Positions 19,849-30,824 are shown, numbered from the stretch's first letter. The stretch is DNA of 64,000 bases from Kiritimatiellia bacterium (GCA_046482825.1 JAWOEI010000028.1:9508-73507), one strand, 5' to 3'. A program made the numbers and translations. Notes: generated by a model not told the origin, from the sequence alone.

Positions 19849-21474
19849 CTAGACCCTTTTTTGCGCCAACATTTTAAGCACCTGGCTTCTGATGAGGTTA
19901 AAGAGTTCGTGGATCTCGGTGATTTTCAGAATATAGGCGGCAAACAAATAGATAACTCCGAAAAGACTTCCTGTAAGAACCAGTTTAACCAAATCGCCCA
20001 TGCGTCCGCAGAGCTGATCCGGGGCGGAAAGCTGTCCAAGCAGAAACCAGGCCGCCGCTCCTGCGGCAACAGATGCAAGAGTTACTCTCAGCAGGAAAAG
20101 CCAGGTATCCCTGAAAGGGAAAACAGGAGCATTTTTTTTGAGAAACAGTGTTAATGTCACACTCTTGAGTATGCGGGAAAGAGCAAACCCGCCAGCTATA
20201 AAACTGAGCATTGCCACTCCGTTGCCTTCGGCAAGATGCAATCCGATCCAGCTGATGATAATACTCAGCGTTGAAAAGAAAATGCCGGTCAATGTTACCG
20301 TCCACATGCGACGGTTAGCAAAAAATGCCTGCATAGTAAGAGATTCAATGGCACCGGCAGGGAGAACAAAGGTATAGAATGAAAGCGCAAGGGCGGTACG
20401 GTGAACCGCTGTCTGATCAAAAAAGCCCCCCTGAAAGATAAAGGATGTAAAAGGCACGGATATCACAGCGACAAGCAAGGCAAAGGGAATGAATGCCGCC
20501 ATAAGCATGCGGCCGAAATGTGTGACCAGGCGTCCGAGTTCGCGCTGGTCTTTCCTGTCAACAAGCTCACAGAAAAAAGGAAACACAGCGATTGAAAGGG
20601 TATAGGGAACCAGCCAATGGACAGTACTCTGCAGTTTACGCCCGAGGCTGTTGGCCTGCATAAGCCCGCTTTCTTCAATTGTGCTGAGTACGTAAACATC
20701 ATTCACCTGATCGCGGATTTTAGCCACTATAATTCCGGCCAACAGCGGAACCATCAGCCAGAGTAGCTTTTTCATGAAAGGGTGGTGTAGATCGAATCCA
20801 AAACGGAAGAGATACAGCTTATCGCGCAGCCCGTAAAGGTGTGTGCCTATCTTGCACAGCGAACCGCCCACCAGGCCCCACATCAGCATCTGCGCGCAGT
20901 CTTTCCCAAGAACAACTCCGGCTATCAGAAAGGTGACCGCGCAGAATTTCCAGACAGCATCGCCGAAGGCGGCAAGAAAAAAACGCTTGTGTGCATTGAG
21001 CAACACATAGGTTGTCGAACCTAGTGAAAGACCGATCAACGCAGGCGAGAGCGTCTTGAAACTCCGTGTCGCCAGGGCAAATTTTTCAGGAGAGTAATCC
21101 CCGGCTGTACAAAGCGAAACCACCCACTGCGGAGCCAGGAAAAGCAGGAGAGACGCAAAGGCCAGCAGAACAAACTGTATGCTGAGAACACTGTTGGCAA
21201 ACCTCCAGGCATCCTTGAGTCTGCCCCTGTCGAGTTCGCGCATGAAAAGTGGCAAAAAAGCGGGGGCAAGGGCCTCCTCGCCTATCAGAAAGAGGGTGAA
21301 AATACCATGTTCAAAAGCGAATGTATAAACAACATCATAGGTTTCCTTGGGAAGAAACTCTGTCATGAAACGAGCCTGGATCAAACCGGCCAGTTTGAAC
21401 AGAATATGGGCAATACCGACAAACAGCCCGGCCTTGAAAATCTTTGACTCAAGCTTTGTTCCTGTTATCCCCAT
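19849..21474 (-). CDS. murJ: Lipid II flippase MurJ (MviN family)
   Basis: 541 aa polytopic membrane protein with the MurJ/MviN-like N-terminal pattern (KAGLFVGIAHILFKLAGLIQARFM...). Confidence 0.8.
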   Translation of the reverse strand: MGITGTKLESKIFKAGLFVGIAHILFKLAGLIQARFMTEFLPKETYDVVYTFAFEHGIFTLFLIGEEALAPAFLPLFMRELDRGRLKDAWRFANSVLSIQFVLLAFASLLLFLAPQWVVSLCTAGDYSPEKFALATRSFKTLSPALIGLSLGSTTYVLLNAHKRFFLAAFGDAVWKFCAVTFLIAGVVLGKDCAQMLMWGLVGGSLCKIGTHLYGLRDKLYLFRFGFDLHHPFMKKLLWLMVPLLAGIIVAKIRDQVNDVYVLSTIEESGLMQANSLGRKLQSTVHWLVPYTLSIAVFPFFCELVDRKDQRELGRLVTHFGRMLMAAFIPFALLVAVISVPFTSFIFQGGFFDQTAVHRTALALSFYTFVLPAGAIESLTMQAFFANRRMWTVTLTGIFFSTLSIIISWIGLHLAEGNGVAMLSFIAGGFALSRILKSVTLTLFLKKNAPVFPFRDTWLFLLRVTLASVAAGAAAWFLLGQLSAPDQLCGRMGDLVKLVLTGSLFGVIYLFAAYILKITEIHELFNLIRSQVLKMLAQKRV

Positions 21475-21586
21475 AGAAACCCCCGTTTAAAAAATGAATT
21501 ACAAAGGATGAAAACAGGGATGCAGAGCGGAACATGAACATAACAACACTTTTCTATGACGATTTTCTTCCCTCATCTTTCATCCT

Positions 21587-23554
21587 TCATTCCATCGTCT
21601 GCATATCACAGAAATTGCGATAATCCCCGTGCTGGCTGTAAAGTTCATCGTGGGTGCCGCTTTCTTTTATCCGCCCGTTTTCAAGCACCAGAATTTTATC
21701 CGCATGTTTGATTGTGCTCAGGCGGTGAGCTATGGCAAAGGTTGTGCGGTTGCTCATAAGTTTATTGATTGCATCCTGAACCAGGCGTTCAGTCACAGTA
21801 TCAAGCGCACTGGTAGCCTCATCCAGGATAAGAACAGGCGGATTTTTGAGGATAGCACGGGCAATGGAAATGCGCTGCCTTTCTCCGCCGCTGAGGGACA
21901 TCCCCTTCTCCCCGCAGATTCTGTCATAGCCCTCTTCAGCTGCGACAATAAACTCATGGGCATTGGCCATTTTTGCAGCATTTTCTATCTGCTTCTGCGT
22001 GGCATCCGGCGAACCATAGGCGATATTGTTGGCAATTGTATCATTGAACAGGACAGTCTCCTGGGAAACCACACCTATCATTGCTCTAAGACCCTTTGTT
22101 GAAATATCTTTGACGTTGATGCCGTCCATAGTAACAGAACCTGATGTAACATCATAAAAGCGGGCCAGAAGGTTTGCCAGTGTGGTTTTGCCGGATCCGG
22201 TTCCCCCGACAACAGCAACAACAGAACCGTATGGTATTTCAAATGAAACATCTCTGACAGCCGGTGTACCGCATCCCTCATAGGTAAACGAAACATTATT
22301 GAAGCTGATTTTATCATCAAGCGAAACTTTCGGTACCGGATTTTCAGCTTCCTCAAGATGACTCTGCACATCAAGGAGTGAAAAAATGCGTCCCAGAGCG
22401 GCGCGCCCTCTTTCGATCTGGGCCTGCACTTTACTCAGCTGTTTCATCGGACGGTAGGCAACGACAAAAGGCACAATCAAAGGAACTATATCCGAAAGCG
22501 AATATCTGCGGGCATAACAATAAAACACAAAAACAGCGGCAAGAACCAGACCGACACACTCAACTGACGGACCGATCAGAAGTTCAAAACGCAGAGCCCT
22601 CATAACACTTTTAAGATAATAAAGATTTATTTTACAATATCTCTGCTGTTCCACTGCTTCCATATGATAGGATTTAACCACTCGTATGCATGTTATGCTT
22701 TCGTGGAGTTTCGAAGAGACATAAGAAATTCGTTCCAGTGATTTGCGTGCCCACTTGCGCACCATGTTTCCGATAACCGCCATAGGAAGAATAAACAGAG
22801 GAAACCCGACCACAACAATTACCAGGGTTTCAATCATGCCGTCTTTGAAAGCGGAGTAAATCACATAACCGATAGATATGGCGATTTCAAACGGAGCCCT
22901 GCATGCTTCCGCGAAGGTTCTTGAAATAACGCGGTCAACCATCTGAGGATCACTTGTGCATCTGCTCATCAGCTGACCGACATCAGTACGGCCGAAGAAA
23001 GCGAGCGACTGGTTCTGCAGATGGTCAAAAAGGTCCACGCGGAAATCTCTGACAACGTGAGCGCCTGTCCAGCGCAGGAAGTAGTGGTTGATATAGGTCA
23101 TGAACATTTTAAAAAGGGCGACAAGTGTCACCACTAGACCTATAAGCAGCATTGCTTCTGTCATTTTCCCCTGCTCATCCCTGAATTCCAGACCGAACCT
23201 TTCACCCACTTTTTCCACTTCATAAAACCAGGGCGGCAACTCAGGTTCATGTTCAGCTTCAGTAATGACCGGCGCTGTATTTTCTTCCGTCATCCCTGCG
23301 GAAGCAACGGCCTCACCCGATACTTCAGCCGGTTCAGACATCACAACGGACTCAACCTGCGCCTGTTTACGGGACACTGATTGCATCTGTTCGATAACAG
23401 GACCGATGACCTGAAAAATCGGCAGCCAGGCGGAAGCCGTAACTGAACCTGCCAGAAGACCGACAATCAGGCGGAAACGGTATTTCACAGCATAACGATA
23501 AAGACGACCGTATGCCTCTTTAACGGAATATTCCCTGTCAAAAAATTCGGTCAT
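21587..23554 (-). CDS. ABC transporter ATP-binding/permease fusion (MsbA-like exporter)
   Basis: 655 aa with a 6-TM exporter domain plus NBD (GGTGSGKTT Walker A, LSGGERQR signature, ILILDEATSALD Walker B). The first extracytoplasmic loop is unusually long and acidic. Confidence 0.85.
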   Translation of the reverse strand: MTEFFDREYSVKEAYGRLYRYAVKYRFRLIVGLLAGSVTASAWLPIFQVIGPVIEQMQSVSRKQAQVESVVMSEPAEVSGEAVASAGMTEENTAPVITEAEHEPELPPWFYEVEKVGERFGLEFRDEQGKMTEAMLLIGLVVTLVALFKMFMTYINHYFLRWTGAHVVRDFRVDLFDHLQNQSLAFFGRTDVGQLMSRCTSDPQMVDRVISRTFAEACRAPFEIAISIGYVIYSAFKDGMIETLVIVVVGFPLFILPMAVIGNMVRKWARKSLERISYVSSKLHESITCIRVVKSYHMEAVEQQRYCKINLYYLKSVMRALRFELLIGPSVECVGLVLAAVFVFYCYARRYSLSDIVPLIVPFVVAYRPMKQLSKVQAQIERGRAALGRIFSLLDVQSHLEEAENPVPKVSLDDKISFNNVSFTYEGCGTPAVRDVSFEIPYGSVVAVVGGTGSGKTTLANLLARFYDVTSGSVTMDGINVKDISTKGLRAMIGVVSQETVLFNDTIANNIAYGSPDATQKQIENAAKMANAHEFIVAAEEGYDRICGEKGMSLSGGERQRISIARAILKNPPVLILDEATSALDTVTERLVQDAINKLMSNRTTFAIAHRLSTIKHADKILVLENGRIKESGTHDELYSQHGDYRNFCDMQTME

Positions 23555-23721
23555 TTATATAGATTCTTTCCAGATCCGCCAGCTTTTATTCCTACGGACG
23601 GCCGTACGGCCTGATTAGAGTTGTATTCCTAATCTGTTGCCCGGCACTCTTTTGAAGAAAGGAATACTGAAACCCGGGCTGATGGCGGCTTACATCAGCA
23701 ATCCCGCGAGACAACCACCTA

Positions 23722-24639
23722 TTACGCATTATGAAGCCAGCGGTCGGCTTCCAGAGCAGCTATACAGCCAGTGCTTGCGGCAGTGACGGCCTGTTTATAG
23801 TACCGGTCCTGAACATCCCCGGATGCAAACACACCAGCTACCTTGGTACGGGTATTTTCCGTAATTATATAACCGTCGTCATCAAGATCGAGATATTTTC
23901 TGAAAATATCCGTATTCGGCGTATGTCCTATAGCCAGGAAAACGCCCTGCACAGGCAACTCAGTCACATCGCCTGTTTTCACATTCCTGACCTTGAGGCC
24001 TGTCACCTGGTCCTTTTCCACGTCTAGGAACTCATCTGCCACAGAGTCCCACATGATATCGATTTTATCTGATTTAAGAACCCGCTCACCCATTATACGT
24101 GAGGCCCGGAACTCATCGCGTCTGTGGATCAGCGTGACCTTGGCGGCAATGCGTGAAAGATAGAGAGCATCTTCACATGCTGTATCACCTCCACCGATAA
24201 CAGCGACATCCTTATTCTTGTAGAAAGCACCGTCGCAGGTTGCGCAGGCGGAAACACCTTTGCCCATCAGAGCCTGCTCCGACTCCAGGCCCAGGTAGCG
24301 GGCGCTGGCTCCGGTAGCGATTATCAGAGCTCTGGTTCTAATTTCACCTTCAACCGTCAGAGAAAGCTTTTTGGTTTCATCCGAAAGATCACAGGCTGTA
24401 ACCTCATCCATCAGTATCCGCACGCCCAGGCGTTCCGCCTGTTTTTTCATTGTTTCAACCAGAGTTGTACCGTCAACAGGGTTTTCAAAACCGGGATAAT
24501 TCTCAACATCGCTTGTCTGAGTTAGCTGCCCGCCCGGAGTCATGCCTGTCACTACGACCGGTGAGAGTTCAGCACGCGCGGCATAAATAGCGGCAGTCAT
24601 ACCGGCAGGACCGCTACCGACTATAACAATTTTTTCCAT
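23722..24639 (-). CDS. trxB: Thioredoxin-disulfide reductase
   Basis: 305 aa with GSGPAG, the redox-active CATCDG and the GGGDTA NADPH motif. Confidence 0.95.
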   Translation of the reverse strand: MEKIVIVGSGPAGMTAAIYAARAELSPVVVTGMTPGGQLTQTSDVENYPGFENPVDGTTLVETMKKQAERLGVRILMDEVTACDLSDETKKLSLTVEGEIRTRALIIATGASARYLGLESEQALMGKGVSACATCDGAFYKNKDVAVIGGGDTACEDALYLSRIAAKVTLIHRRDEFRASRIMGERVLKSDKIDIMWDSVADEFLDVEKDQVTGLKVRNVKTGDVTELPVQGVFLAIGHTPNTDIFRKYLDLDDDGYIITENTRTKVAGVFASGDVQDRYYKQAVTAASTGCIAALEADRWLHNA

Positions 24640-24684
24640 GATTATCTTATCCTTTCATGCGTATGAAGCGGATCAGTGCGGCAA

Positions 24685-26403
24685 TTACGTATATCTCAGC
24701 ACTTCGTCCACAGTGGTGTAACCATCAAGCACGTTACGGATGGCATCCTCACGCAGAGTACGCATTCCCAGCTCACGTGCCTTTTCGCGGATATATAGTG
24801 TCGGGCTGCGGTCGTTGATAAGCTGTCTGAGCGGATCGCTCATGCGCAGATATTCAAACACGCCTTTACGTCCTTTATATCCTGTGCCATTACACTTGGA
24901 ACAGCCGCGCCCGTAGAAAAACTGGCGGTCACCAACATCTGAAGGAGTTAACCCGAGGCTGTCCAGAGCCTCTTTATCCGGCGTATAACCCTCTTTACAG
25001 TTAAGGCATATTGTACGGGTCAGACGCTGACCGAGCACACCTTCCAGCGTTGATGAAAGCAGATACGGTGCAACATTCATATCTGCAAGACGGGTAACGG
25101 CACCAGCGGCATCGTTGGTATGCAGAGTACTGAAGACAAAGTGCCCTGTCAAGGCAGCCTGGACAGCTATCTGTGCGGTTTCAAGGTCACGGATTTCGCC
25201 TATCATCATAATGTCGGGGTCCTGACGCAGGAAAGCACGCAGTACCTTCGCAAAGGTATTACCGGCACTGGGATTTACCTGAACCTGGATAATTCCGTCA
25301 ACATCATATTCAACCGGTTCCTCCGCGGTCAGCAGTTTAGATTCGATTCTGTTAATCTGACGAAGGCAAGAGTACAGAGTTGTGGTTTTACCTGAACCGG
25401 TTGGGCCGGTCACAATAAGAATGCCGTTGGGTTTTTCGATGTCTATAGTGACATCTTCATAGATATCCTCGGGAAAACCCACATTTTCGATATCAAGAGA
25501 AACAACAGAGCGGTCAAGTACACGGAGCACCACGCTTTCACCGTGAGCTGTCGGCAGGCAGGACACACGCAAGTCCACCTGATGTCCGGCAACTGTCAGC
25601 GAGATGCGACCGTCCTGGGGAACACGGCGTTCGGCGATATTCAGTCCTGACATAACCTTGATACGGGATATAATCGCAAGAGCCAGTCGTTTGGGCGGGG
25701 GAGACATCTCATAAAGGGCGCCATCCACACGGTAACGGATACGGAAAGTTGTTTCAAAAGGCTCAAAGTGAATATCCGAAGCGCGGTCGGTCACAGCCTG
25801 ATACAACACCAGGTTCACAAAACGTATAACAGGCGCGGCCGCCGCGGCATTCTCAAGTGAAGCAGAGTCCGCTTCGTCCACGGAAAGAGAATTATCCGAT
25901 TCCATGTCGGATTCAAGTCCGTCTATCATATCCGCCATTGAGGTGCTTTCCTCACCGTAATACTCACGTATACGCTCCAGCACGTCCTTTTCTTTGGCAA
26001 AGGCAAACTCAACATCGCGAGTCAGAACAAACATGAGTTCATCCATGACATGCGGATCAATCAGATTTGCAGTTGCCAATGTCACTGTTCCGCCGGTGGC
26101 ATGCACAGGCAGAACATTATACATACGCGCAATATTAGCGGGAACGGCATCGATAAGATCCGGATCAAACGAAGCAATCTCCAGATCAATCACATCACAT
26201 CCCTGATAGGATGCCATCATGCCGAGGAGATCTTCTTCGGAAACATATCCATTATCAATCAGTATTTTGCGGATTGAATTACCTGAACGCCTTTTTTCTT
26301 CGCGCAGCTCTTCGCTCTGCTGTTCATCTATCACGCCGTTGCTGATAGCCAGATCGATCAGCGGATCGTATTGTGCTGTATCTGTCGTGACCATATCTTC
26401 CAT
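24685..26403 (-). CDS. GspE/PilB family secretion/pilus-assembly ATPase (paralogue 1)
   Basis: 572 aa with an N-terminal GSPII_E_N-like repeats, Walker [11 protein letters not shown] and the tetracysteine CLNC...CSKC. Confidence 0.9.
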   Translation of the reverse strand: MEDMVTTDTAQYDPLIDLAISNGVIDEQQSEELREEKRRSGNSIRKILIDNGYVSEEDLLGMMASYQGCDVIDLEIASFDPDLIDAVPANIARMYNVLPVHATGGTVTLATANLIDPHVMDELMFVLTRDVEFAFAKEKDVLERIREYYGEESTSMADMIDGLESDMESDNSLSVDEADSASLENAAAAAPVIRFVNLVLYQAVTDRASDIHFEPFETTFRIRYRVDGALYEMSPPPKRLALAIISRIKVMSGLNIAERRVPQDGRISLTVAGHQVDLRVSCLPTAHGESVVLRVLDRSVVSLDIENVGFPEDIYEDVTIDIEKPNGILIVTGPTGSGKTTTLYSCLRQINRIESKLLTAEEPVEYDVDGIIQVQVNPSAGNTFAKVLRAFLRQDPDIMMIGEIRDLETAQIAVQAALTGHFVFSTLHTNDAAGAVTRLADMNVAPYLLSSTLEGVLGQRLTRTICLNCKEGYTPDKEALDSLGLTPSDVGDRQFFYGRGCSKCNGTGYKGRKGVFEYLRMSDPLRQLINDRSPTLYIREKARELGMRTLREDAIRNVLDGYTTVDEVLRYT

Positions 26404-26408
26404 AAAAA

Positions 26409-27491
26409 TTACCTCTGGTTAAGCTGCTGCTTAAGTTTCTGCACCACGGTATCAGGGTCCTGTGATTTAGTAATCAGATCCTCATAGGATATCTTGCCAT
26501 CCAGATAAAGACCCATAAGATGGGAATCCAGTGTGACCATACCGAACTTAGCTCCGGTCTGGATATCAGAGGATATCTGGAAGGTTTTATTATCACGTAT
26601 GCGGGAACGGATAGAAGGAGTTGAAATCATTATCTCGAAAGACGCGACCCGTCCCGGCTTATCAATACGCTTGAGCAGCAGCTGTGAAATAACCGCTACC
26701 AGTCCTACGGCGAGCTGGGTGCGCACCTGCCCCTGCTGATCTGTCGGGAAAGCATCAACAATACGGTCAACAGTGGCGGCGGCTCCCGTTGTATGGAGAG
26801 TCGCAAAAACCAGATGACCGGTTTCAGCAGCAGTAATAGCGGCCTGCATGGTTTCGAGGTCGCGCATTTCGCCGACGAGAATAACGTCGGGGTCCTGACG
26901 CAGAGCGCGGCGTATGGCCTCCGCAAAACTAGGCACATCATGTCCGACTTCGCGCTGTGTCACAATACAGTTTTTGTGCGGATGGTAATATTCTATAGGA
27001 TCTTCCACCGTTACAATGTGAACATCACGCTGTTTGTTAATGATATCAATCATACTTGCGAGAGTGGTTGATTTACCTGATCCTGTAGGCCCGGTAACCA
27101 GAATCAGACCACGCGGTTTAAACAGCAGTTCCTTAACCTCTTCGGGGAGTCCTATCTGTTCAAGTGAAAGAAGATCCGCAGGAATCTGACGGAGCACGAT
27201 ACCGTATTTACCACGCTCCTTAAACACAGACACACGAAAGCGGGCCAGATCATGAAAAGGCAGAGCAAAGTCCGTTCCTCCATGCGCATGAATTTCCTCA
27301 AGAGCATCTTCCTGAGAGATTGATCTGGCAAGTTGCTCCGTATCTTCTTCTGTCAGAGCAGGGATATCAAGAGGTGTCAATGCCCCGTGAATACGCAACA
27401 TAGGCGGAACACCTACACGGATATGCAAATCAGATGCATTTTCATTCACTGTTGCCTGCAGCAACGCTTCCATAGTAAGATTTTCATCCAT
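26409..27491 (-). CDS. pilT: Type IV pilus retraction ATPase PilT family
   Basis: 360 aa with [24 protein letters not shown] and a PilT-type C-terminal [10 protein letters not shown] motif. Confidence 0.9.
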   Translation of the reverse strand: MDENLTMEALLQATVNENASDLHIRVGVPPMLRIHGALTPLDIPALTEEDTEQLARSISQEDALEEIHAHGGTDFALPFHDLARFRVSVFKERGKYGIVLRQIPADLLSLEQIGLPEEVKELLFKPRGLILVTGPTGSGKSTTLASMIDIINKQRDVHIVTVEDPIEYYHPHKNCIVTQREVGHDVPSFAEAIRRALRQDPDVILVGEMRDLETMQAAITAAETGHLVFATLHTTGAAATVDRIVDAFPTDQQGQVRTQLAVGLVAVISQLLLKRIDKPGRVASFEIMISTPSIRSRIRDNKTFQISSDIQTGAKFGMVTLDSHLMGLYLDGKISYEDLITKSQDPDTVVQKLKQQLNQR

Positions 27492-29188
27492 TAATCAGCA
27501 TCTCCCATCGTAGCCCTCAAAACTTCCTGAAGAGACGTCATGCCTGAGGATACTTTTAACATGCCGTCTTCGCGCAGTGTCCGCATTCCCATCTCACGGG
27601 CACGTTCACGCAGCACTGTTGCAGGCGCACGATCAAAGATCAGACGCTGGATCGTATCGTCCACCTCAAAAATTTCAAAAATACCTTTCCGGCCTTTGTA
27701 ACCGGATTGCCCGCAATTCTGGCAACCTTTGCCTTTGTACATTTTACCGGCGGTGACATTTTTAGCAACGGGGCCGAGAATTTTCAATTCGCGTTCAGTC
27801 GGAATATATTCCTCGCGGCAGTTGTCGCAGATAGCGCGCACCAGCCGCTGGGCCATGGCCGCACGCAGAGCGGAAGCCACGAGAAAGGGTTTAACCCCTA
27901 TATCCAGCAGACGCGTCACGGCACTCGGAGCATCGTTTGTATGCAACGTACTGAACACAAGATGTCCTGTCAGAGCCGCTTCCATAGCGATATCCGCGGT
28001 CTCATGGTCTCGAATCTCGCCTATCATAACAATATTCGGTGCCTGACGCAGGATAGACCGGAGAGCGGCGGTAAAATCCAGGCCTACATCTCTGTTGACC
28101 TGAACCTGATTGATCCCGGACATCTGATATTCAACAGGATCTTCCACTGTGATGATTTTTCTATCGGGAAGGTTGATCTGCCCCAGACAGGCATAAAGCG
28201 TAGTGGTTTTACCGGAACCGGTAGGGCCAGTCACAAGCACCACTCCATCCGGCAGGCTGATCAGCTTTTCAAACTTGTTCTGGTCATCAGAAAGGAAACC
28301 CAGCTGAGGCAGCCCCAGGCTGAGGTTGCTCTTGTCAAGAATACGCATAACAATACTCTCACCATGATTGGTGGGAACAGAAGAAACACGCAGATCAAGT
28401 TCGCGCCCGGACACCTTGACCTGAATACGTCCATCCTGCGGAGTGCGTTTCTCGGATATCTTCATATCGGACATAATTTTAACACGACTCAGAATGGCGG
28501 CCTGAAGCCTCTTGGGCGGACTATCCATTTCGCGCAGAACACCATCGACCCGGTAGCGCACTCTGAACGAACGCTCCAGCGGTTCAAGGTGAATATCGGA
28601 AGCCCGCATCTTACAGGCCTCCATGATTATCATACTCACCAGACGGATAACCGGGGCATCGGAATCTGAAGCGTCGCTTTCAGCATCCGCATCCAGCACA
28701 TTCTTTTCTTCAAGATCTATCTCCTGGCCTTCTATGCCGAACTTGGTTTCGAAATCCTCGGGATAGAGTTTCTCGACAGCGGCCTTGACTTCGCTGAAAG
28801 GGGCAACCACAGCCTCGACTTTCCTGCTCAGCAGATACTGAAGAGAATCGACAGTGTCATATCCCATCGGATCACTAAGGGCAACCGTAACGGTTTCATC
28901 CGTGCTGTACACCGGCACAACCCCGTGCTTACGGGCCATATCCGCCGGAACCACGTCCTTTACTGCTGGATCGATAGCATCGATATCAACATGCACATAT
29001 TCCATGCCGAACTGCTGGGCAATAGTGGAGAGCACGTCATCGTCGGAAACAACTCCGCTCTGCACCAGAATATCCAGAGAAGTTTCACCCTGCTCCTTTA
29101 GCGATTCCTTGGCCGCATCTACCTGCTCGGCGGATACATGACCGGATTCCTGAAGTAATTCTAAAACAAAATCATCATTTGATGTCAC
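27491..29188 (-). CDS. GspE/PilB family secretion/pilus-assembly ATPase (paralogue 2)
   Basis: 565 aa with [10 protein letters not shown] and the tetracysteine CDNC...CQNC. Its stop codon overlaps the pilT start by 1 nt (TAATG). Confidence 0.9.
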   Translation of the reverse strand: MTSNDDFVLELLQESGHVSAEQVDAAKESLKEQGETSLDILVQSGVVSDDDVLSTIAQQFGMEYVHVDIDAIDPAVKDVVPADMARKHGVVPVYSTDETVTVALSDPMGYDTVDSLQYLLSRKVEAVVAPFSEVKAAVEKLYPEDFETKFGIEGQEIDLEEKNVLDADAESDASDSDAPVIRLVSMIIMEACKMRASDIHLEPLERSFRVRYRVDGVLREMDSPPKRLQAAILSRVKIMSDMKISEKRTPQDGRIQVKVSGRELDLRVSSVPTNHGESIVMRILDKSNLSLGLPQLGFLSDDQNKFEKLISLPDGVVLVTGPTGSGKTTTLYACLGQINLPDRKIITVEDPVEYQMSGINQVQVNRDVGLDFTAALRSILRQAPNIVMIGEIRDHETADIAMEAALTGHLVFSTLHTNDAPSAVTRLLDIGVKPFLVASALRAAMAQRLVRAICDNCREEYIPTERELKILGPVAKNVTAGKMYKGKGCQNCGQSGYKGRKGIFEIFEVDDTIQRLIFDRAPATVLRERAREMGMRTLREDGMLKVSSGMTSLQEVLRATMGDAD

Positions 29189-29223
29189 AACATGTCTCCT
29201 GAATTAGAGTACGCCCTGAAGCG

Positions 29224-30657
29224 TTAACTCATATTCGCAAGTTTTTCGGCAATCATCCGGTTGACCAGCTTCGGATCGGCTTTTCCCCGGCTGAGCTTCA
29301 TAACCTGCCCTGTCAAATAACCAGCTGCCGCTTTTTTGCCGGCAAGGTAATCGTTAACCGATTTTTCATTGGCTGCAAAAACTTCCTTGATAAAATCTTC
29401 AAGTGCAGAAGTGTCTTTTACCTGAGCGAGGCCCCGTTCTTCAACTACAGGCTTCGGCATACCGCCCTTTTCAAAGAGTTCAGGCAGTATTTCCTTGGCT
29501 GTGGAACCATTGATGACACCGTCATTAACAAGCATTATAAGTTCCGCCAGCGCTTCGGGTGTCAGTTGACTCTCTTCTATCGTTTTCCCGGTTTCGTTGA
29601 TGAGAGCCATCACATCTGTCATAAACCAGTTTGAAACGGTTTTCCCCTGCCCGCAGCTTTCTGCCGCGGCTTCAAAAAAATCGGCATTGGGTTTTTCATC
29701 GGCCAGCACACCGGCGTCATATTCAGGAATACCGTATTCCTTCATCATTCTGATCCGCCGGTCTGAAGGAAGTTCCGGCAGGACGGCCCTCCACTCCTCG
29801 ATAAGCTCATCGCTTAAGGTAACAGGCACCAGATCCGGCTCGGGAAAGTAACGGTAATCATGGGCATTCTCTTTGGTTCTCATGGTATGGGTTTCACCCG
29901 ATTCGGCATCCCAGCGCCGGGTTTCCTGGATGATAGTTCCCCCGCTTTTCACCACAGCAAGCTGTCTTTCAATTTCATACTCCAGTGCCGCATAAATACC
30001 TTTGAAGGTATTCATGTTTTTTATTTCCGTACGGGTGCCGAGCTCTTCCTGGCCTTCAGGCCGCACACTGACATTCACATCAGAGCGCATGTTGCCCTCT
30101 TCCAGATTGCAATCGCTTACACCGGCATACACCAGAATCTGCTTCAGATTCTGCAGATAGGCCATGGCTTCGTCCGGCGAGGACATATCCGGTTCGGATA
30201 CAATTTCCATCAGCGGCGTTCCGCAACGGTTGAAATCAACCCCGCTGTAACGCGCGTAATGGATTATCTTTCCGGCATCCTCTTCCTGATGAATATGGTT
30301 TATACGGATAAACTTCTGTCCGTCCGGAGTATCTATGCTGACCCCCCCTCCAATGCACAGAGGCTGTTCCTGCTGTGAGATCTGATAGTCTTTGGACATA
30401 TCGGGATAGAAGTAATTCTTGCGATCAAATGTGCTGTATTTGCTGATACGGCAACCCAGCATCAGACCAGAGGTTACAGTCAGGCGTATGGCTTCACCGT
30501 TCATCACAGGCAGGGCACCCGGATATCCCAGACACACGGGACAGACCTTTGTGTTGGGCTCAGCTCCGAATTCAAGTTCACATCCACAGAACATTTTTGT
30601 CTGTGTTTTCAGGTGAACATGTGTCTCAAGACCGATAGTGACTAAATAATTGTTCAT
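29224..30657 (-). CDS. gatB: Asp-tRNA(Asn)/Glu-tRNA(Gln) amidotransferase subunit B
   Basis: 477 aa with IGLETHVHL, CPVCLGYPGALP and a YqeY-like C-terminal domain. Confidence 0.95.
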   Translation of the reverse strand: MNNYLVTIGLETHVHLKTQTKMFCGCELEFGAEPNTKVCPVCLGYPGALPVMNGEAIRLTVTSGLMLGCRISKYSTFDRKNYFYPDMSKDYQISQQEQPLCIGGGVSIDTPDGQKFIRINHIHQEEDAGKIIHYARYSGVDFNRCGTPLMEIVSEPDMSSPDEAMAYLQNLKQILVYAGVSDCNLEEGNMRSDVNVSVRPEGQEELGTRTEIKNMNTFKGIYAALEYEIERQLAVVKSGGTIIQETRRWDAESGETHTMRTKENAHDYRYFPEPDLVPVTLSDELIEEWRAVLPELPSDRRIRMMKEYGIPEYDAGVLADEKPNADFFEAAAESCGQGKTVSNWFMTDVMALINETGKTIEESQLTPEALAELIMLVNDGVINGSTAKEILPELFEKGGMPKPVVEERGLAQVKDTSALEDFIKEVFAANEKSVNDYLAGKKAAAGYLTGQVMKLSRGKADPKLVNRMIAEKLANMS

Positions 30658-30751
30658 TCAAAAATCCATTTTTCACCCCTTATCACAGGGAGAATCATCA
30701 TCGTCAACTCTTACAATCAAAGTATAGCAGAATTACAGCCAAATCCGTTCG

Positions 30752-30822
30752 TTTTCGCATAGGGCAGAGGGCACAGAGAAGAAAGTTTTATACAACTTTA
30801 CCTCTTTCTCATGCTCCATGCC
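30752..30822. repeat. Imperfect palindromic intergenic element, copy B (degenerate)
   Basis: It starts TTTTCGCATAGGGCAGAGGGCACAGAGAAG, has an AT-rich centre and ends CCTCTTTCTCATGCTCCATGCC. This is the same architecture and the same TTTTCGC 5' end as copies A and F. Confidence 0.6.
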
Positions 30823-30824
30823 GT

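Noticed and set aside
23555-23721. Palindromes in the trxB-msbA spacer (GGCCGTACGGCC; GTATTCC...GGAATAC).
   Set aside because: They are short, isolated, without U-tracts and unlike either repeat family. There is not enough to call a terminator or an element.
27707-28669. A 320-aa plus-strand ORF inside the GspE/PilB paralogue 2 gene.
   Set aside because: It is antisense to a strongly supported ATPase gene. The composition is low-complexity, R/H/Q/N-rich and not protein-like, typical of a shadow ORF.
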